From the human T2T-CHM13v2.0 reference genome, Homo sapiens, in assembly GCF_009914755.1 (NCBI RefSeq), contig NC_060925.1: a DNA stretch of 64,000 nt, one strand, 5' to 3'. Of the stretch, positions 58,635 through 64,000 are shown piece by piece. A program made the translations under genes and the position numbers. The notes beneath the pieces are model-generated. The model was not told the origin of the DNA, ran no database searches, and saw only the letters and a list, made by a program, of their open reading frames with translations. How positions within the stretch are numbered: the first letter of the stretch is position 1; every line of letters starts with the position of its first letter.

Positions 58635-60074
58635 GTATGCCTAATTTAAAGACAAAATTATTTGTGTTCTTTTGAAATTCCATATAATGGTTCACATATA
58701 AAAAGACAAAAGTATTTGCTTTTTTACATTATTGTGCAATAATCTCATTGACGTTCATAAGCAATAGTCTGCTTTTAAATGGATGAGGCATATGTTTTCC
58801 TCTAGGATCTAATTACTTGTGTCACATTAACAAAAGAGCTGGTAGATTGGAAAAATGGCTGTCTAAAATCTGTTTGGAATTTGTTATTTGAATGCTGAAA
58901 AAAATTATTAAATTAAGGACTCCCGTCAGCGTTTCCTACCCGTTGGTCATGTCTGACCTAGCTAGCAGGTGAGCTGGAGGGTGCACCCTGTGATGCTGGC
59001 CCCCTGACTGGAGCCACTGACTACACTTTGTTTTGTTTTTGTTTTGTTGTTTTAATCTTGGTTTTCCCCCAAGTCTGGCCCAAGGACTGGTGCCATTCTA
59101 GGAACTGTTTGTTATTGGTTCCCAACTGAAACAATGTATTGTAATTAAGTAGGAATTTAGAAATTTTCATAGCAACTTGATATTTTTGTAACATCCAAGC
59201 ACATATCATGTTTTCTATTGATTTGTTCTCATTATATTATACAAAAATATTATTCCACAGCACATTGGAAATTCTTCGAACCCCCTCTGCCCCCAAATAT
59301 CAAAACTGATGCTTTGCCATTGATGGTTTGAAAAGCATTGTTCTGAGTAACTCTAGCCCAAAAATAGTTATCTATCTCTCACTGGTAATTTTTATATGTA
59401 GTTAAAGTGTGAAAAAAACAAAAACAAATGCTGCTTTAGTTAGCCCTGAATGCAGTTCTGGAGTGTGTGTTGATACACTAACTCTTAGTATCCCTGGGAT
59501 TGACTTTCTTTCCTGGGTCATCCAAAGTCATGTCACTTCCTTCTGTGGAAAGAGACAACGTGAGTGAGTGTGAAATCACCTTTAGAAAGGTCAGTTTCTC
59601 TCCTCCCACCTACATGAGAGTGCTGGCCTGAAGTAGCTGTTACCATTTTACATTTCCCCCCTTTCCCTTTCTTTTTTTTTTTATCTTTTATTTTTCCATT
59701 ATACCCTCCTTTTTTCCCCAACCCAATTTTACAATAAGGCCTGCTGGCATTCTTTAGATCTTAGAAAAATGCAAAATAAAACATCTACATAGAAGATAGA
59801 AGCAGAAAAAATTTTTTCTGTGTAGTGTTATTTTCCCCTTCTTCTCCCATTGTTGTTTTCTATGTTTCTAATAAGAGAAAAACCTGTTAAGTTATTTGAT
59901 TCAATTTGGTGACTCCCAGGGCAACTGTGAAGTGTAATCCATTGACCACAGTGGCTAGGACAAAGTATTTTTTGGAGTTTGCATTATCCTTGTTAAAACC
60001 ACCTAATGAATATCTTTTCCACTGTAGATAGAATTGGACCTAGCAGTGCTGACAGTTATTTTTTTTGCCCTTAG

Positions 60075-60253
60075 GGTTTGCTGACATCCCGACAGGAAAG
60101 ACTAGCCCATATATCCTGCGAAGAACAACCATGGCAACTCGGACCAGCCCCCGCCTGGCTGCACAGAAGTTAGCGCTATCCCCACTGAGTCTCGGCAAAG
60201 AAAATCTTGCAGAGTCCTCCAAACCAACAGCTGGTGGCAGCAGATCACAAAAG
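60075..60253 (+). CDS. CENPF: CENPF exon 19
   Basis: ccttag|GGTTTGCT (FADIPTGKTSPYILRR...KENL...) to CAAAAG|gtaaac; 179 nt. Confidence 0.95.
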
Positions 60254-63200
60254 GTAAACTACTGTCAACATCCGTCTACTGTTTGAGATCCAGAAAATTG
60301 CAGTAGTACCTGGGTGAGGATTGGACACTGCACCCCCGATTCAGGAGCGCTTTCAAAAAGTCTGACCTTCTTGGTGTGGTGTAAGTCAGTCAGTAGTGAG
60401 CAAGTGACCGGGTGAGCATTACAGTATCAGGGTACATGATCTCATCCTTCAGTCAACAGGCCGCTTATATGTAGTTTGATGGAAAATGGCATTGTTACAT
60501 CAAAACTCAGTGGATTTCTAAGAAAGTTTCAGGCGTTACTGATGAAGGATTTGAAGAGGTAATTTTCCCTTTCGCCACTGGTATTAGTCATTGTTTGTTT
60601 CAAACTTTACTCTCACTTATCTGCCCCCAGCTGCTAATTCTTTATTGTTTTTATTAATCCTTTACTTTCTTAAAAAAAAAAAAAGCACATATTTCAATAG
60701 ATATCTAAGGAAAGGAACTCTGTTTATAGATCTCTCTATTTTGATTGTTGAGGATACAACAGGATCTTAGTGACTTCTGTGTACCCTACAACATCCCAGA
60801 AAATGTTATGTAGAGCATAGAGAATATTTGCTTAACAGATCTTTATTCCTGTTACTATGATCCATACCAGCAGCTGCCATTTAAGTATGCAAAGTATATG
60901 CATTTTATTTATCTTTCTCATTTTATTGAACTCTCACAGTAAGTGGTATTATAAAAGAGTGAAGAACGTGAGACTCATAAAGATGTAACCTCCCAGTGTG
61001 AACCCCTACTTCCTCTCAACTCCACAGTCTTGATCTTTCTACGATACCAGTGTTTCTCAGACTGGGGACTAGGGGGATATTTTTGGAAGTTGCTGGAATA
61101 GCTTCAAAGAGTTTGAACAGTCTGTGATTTTACCTTGATTGCTCACTTGTCAGAGTTTGATCAAGTATGCGAGCTGATAACCTTGAACCAGAAAACAAAG
61201 CTTTGAAAGTGTAATAACCCCTATTTGTGTAATGTGATAATTCATAAGTGAGCAAGCACGTTCTTAGGATTTGGGATACCAAATATGAACACATTGGTGG
61301 TTACACGTGGGCGATCTAAAGAGTACAATATATTTAGATTTCTTGATCTAAACATCACAACAACAGATTTGCAAATTTCTTTTTGTTGATGTATAAGAGC
61401 TATAAGCATTAAGGAATTATACTTAGTAATAAATTTGTTCATCATATACATTATATTAAAATTTTTCTTCAAGTATGAAGAAGAATGCTCTGAGATTTTC
61501 TTTCACTAAAGTGGACCCATTTGTTACTCTTATTAGAAATAGTCTACCATTTTGTGCAAATTTTTCTCCCCTCCCCTACCAAATTCTCTCTGTTACTCAC
61601 ATTCGGATTTAACTTTGGCATGCTGCCAACAACAAAATACTGAAGTATATACTGGAGAATATATATTTAATATACTGAATATACTGACTTTCCAATGAAC
61701 ATGAGAACAGCTTCTCTTTTAAGCAACTAGTGCCCCTAAACCGTGGAGCTACCAAGCTTGTCCAAAGCTGTCAACTACAAGATATCCACTGGATACTGAA
61801 TACAGGAGAAGTCAGGTTTAGGGTCCCGATATGGGCCATACCATTTTCTCAGAAGGGTGACTGGGAGCCACCCTTTCCCAAACCTCAGTAAAAAGTAACA
61901 TCCATTCCTGTTTGTCTCACACTTCTGGAGATCAAACGAAGTATTTGACTCTCTTAGAAAACCATGACATATAGCTGGTACTCTATGCCTCCACTGTCTT
62001 TAGGCAGCTCACTTTATTGTAATCTCTTGTTTAAATATCTGTCTTCTGATTTGCAATCTGAGTTCTGTGAGGTTACTGATTACATCTATAGTTTATGTCT
62101 ATGCAGTGTCTGACATTCAACAAATATTCACTGAATGAATGGAACTGTGAATGTCCTGAAGTGATTGCATTAATAGATGTTTATAAAGGCATGCTAGGAA
62201 ATGGTCTTATGAAATCATCACAAGTCATTTTTTTTCTGTTGCGAAGAACTGATGGTAAAAGCAGTTTGCATGCGGCGTTCAGACTTACTATCTAGGAAAA
62301 AGAGCTTTGCACGCTAGGGGGCCTGCTCTCCTCACTGCTGTTGAATCTGCTGAGTAGGGAGTAGTAACCATGGTTTCTGCAGATTTTGTTCAGTGCATTA
62401 GCTACATGCTGTTCAGTAGGCACCAGCAGTTATGAATTGCTAAGCAATTTTGTGCACTTGCAAATGAGGAGAGGGACCTTTTGAGAGCAGTTATAGGAGA
62501 ATTCATGATTAGATTCAAACTCTTCAAAACCTAGCCCAGTAATTTTTAATTTAATTCAGCATTTTCTGAGTTGCCCTGTAAAATGCTTGCTGCCTCATCT
62601 GTTAAGCGTATTACATCACTTAGTTTTAAAAATCTAGAATGAGGTATTATTTCCCAAAGCAGTTGCTTAGAAACTCAGGGTTGTGAGTTCTCCTTTGAGG
62701 TGACTGGCTGGGTTATGAGAGACAGTTTCCTAGGTCATTTAGCAAGACCTTTAGTAACATCTGACAAGTTCAAAGGGGAAAAAACTGGCAAAATGCACAT
62801 TAGGTAAGGATCATTCTCTATTATGTCACTGGGATGGATTAGCTCAGGAACCCCTCGTTTGTTGGGAACAAGGGAGACAGCGCTTGTAGACCTGATCTCC
62901 TGAACCTGGGCTTTGTGATCAGTTCCAGAGGACTGGCCAGTAAGCTGTAGAGCCCATCGTGGATGGTGGTGTTAGTTTTGTGGGGATCTTGCATTTTTTC
63001 CTACTTGTGAGGGTCATTTTCACTGAACTACATGCATATTTGCCCTCTCTCTGTTGCTACTGCAGAATCATTTATGAGACAATTAGGGTATGCTTGCACT
63101 TTTTTTTTTTCCCTCCCCTGTGTTATTCTAGGAGGATGTACTATCTTAATAGATTAAATACTTGGTGAATTTGACTTTGTCTGGTTATAGACCATTCTGA

Positions 63201-64000
63201 AGCTAACTAACCAACAGGAGGGTCAAATCCACAGTTTAAATTCTGATCACAACTAAAGTGTCCTCAATTCAGTATCAGAAATTGAGTCTAGAGGGGAGAA
63301 GCCAGAAAGAGTGGACGTTAGCCATTTGATTGGGATAAAGAGGCTTATAGGCTCAAACTTTCTGTTTCCTATGGGCTATCTGTCTCTCTCTTTTTAAATG
63401 GCAAACCTAAAGATTTGTTTCTTGTACATCTGGTGGGTTCCAGGGAAACCTTGTCTTTGGAATCACTATTTCTCTTTAAAAAAAAAAAAAAGTACCAGCA
63501 AAACTTTGTTTTATTTTTTTCCTTCAACTTTCCATGGATGGTAATTTTCCATTAAGTCCTGACCTTCCAAGGCTGCGTCTTTTCAGTGTCCTGGACACAC
63601 TCTGAGGGAGAAGTGAGCTTTCCTGGGATTTGATCTGTTGGCCAGATTTACTATGTTTCATGTAATGAAAAGTATTTAACTGCCTTTTTCAAATCACATG
63701 CTTCCTATGGAAAGAATATAAATGGGAAAATAATTTCCATTCCCTTTTCTTCTTGCATCAGAAGGAGATCCCTGGAAGTCAGTTGCTCAGGGAGTGTCTG
63801 TCACGTAGTTACTTCCCAGCAACTGTGCTGGACACAGATCCTTGTGTCCATTATGCAAGAGGCCCTTCTCCTTTCTCTTTGAAAGATCTTCCTACTTGAA
63901 TCTTCCACTCTTGCCTTTAACTTTGCTTAGGTGAAGCTTTCCTATACTTCATTTTTCTTGCACTTTTTTCTCTTTTTTGACCGTGTATCTTTTTTCACTA

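Overview
Human (primate) genomic DNA covering most of CENPF (centromere protein F/mitosin) on the + strand. It includes the CpG-island G2/M promoter (CCAAT boxes, CDE/CHR), non-coding exon 1 and coding exons 2-19. These exons join by GT-AG splicing into 9141 nt (3047 codons) with no stop; the last exon lies beyond the window. Intron 1 (4576-14966) holds three antisense retro-insertions. The most striking is a young ABHD17A retrocopy (6696-10457) with a perfect 15-bp TSD and a poly(A) tail. It is only semi-processed: it keeps one 2234-bp parental intron with intact splice signals. Removing that intron gives an uninterrupted 378-codon ORF with the palmitoylation Cys cluster, the S190/D255/H284 triad and a new 72-aa tail; leaving it in gives a 176-aa anchor-only product. 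The other two insertions are a UBE2V1 processed copy fused directly to a 5'-truncated L1, possibly a single chimeric retrotransposition. Further items are a perfect 3x90-bp triplication of a MER2 end, a strong CTCF motif in intron 7, a quasi-palindrome, a THE1 solo LTR and many Alus. Repeat subfamily calls and parental-gene comparisons are from recall, not database searches; repeat boundaries are approximate.
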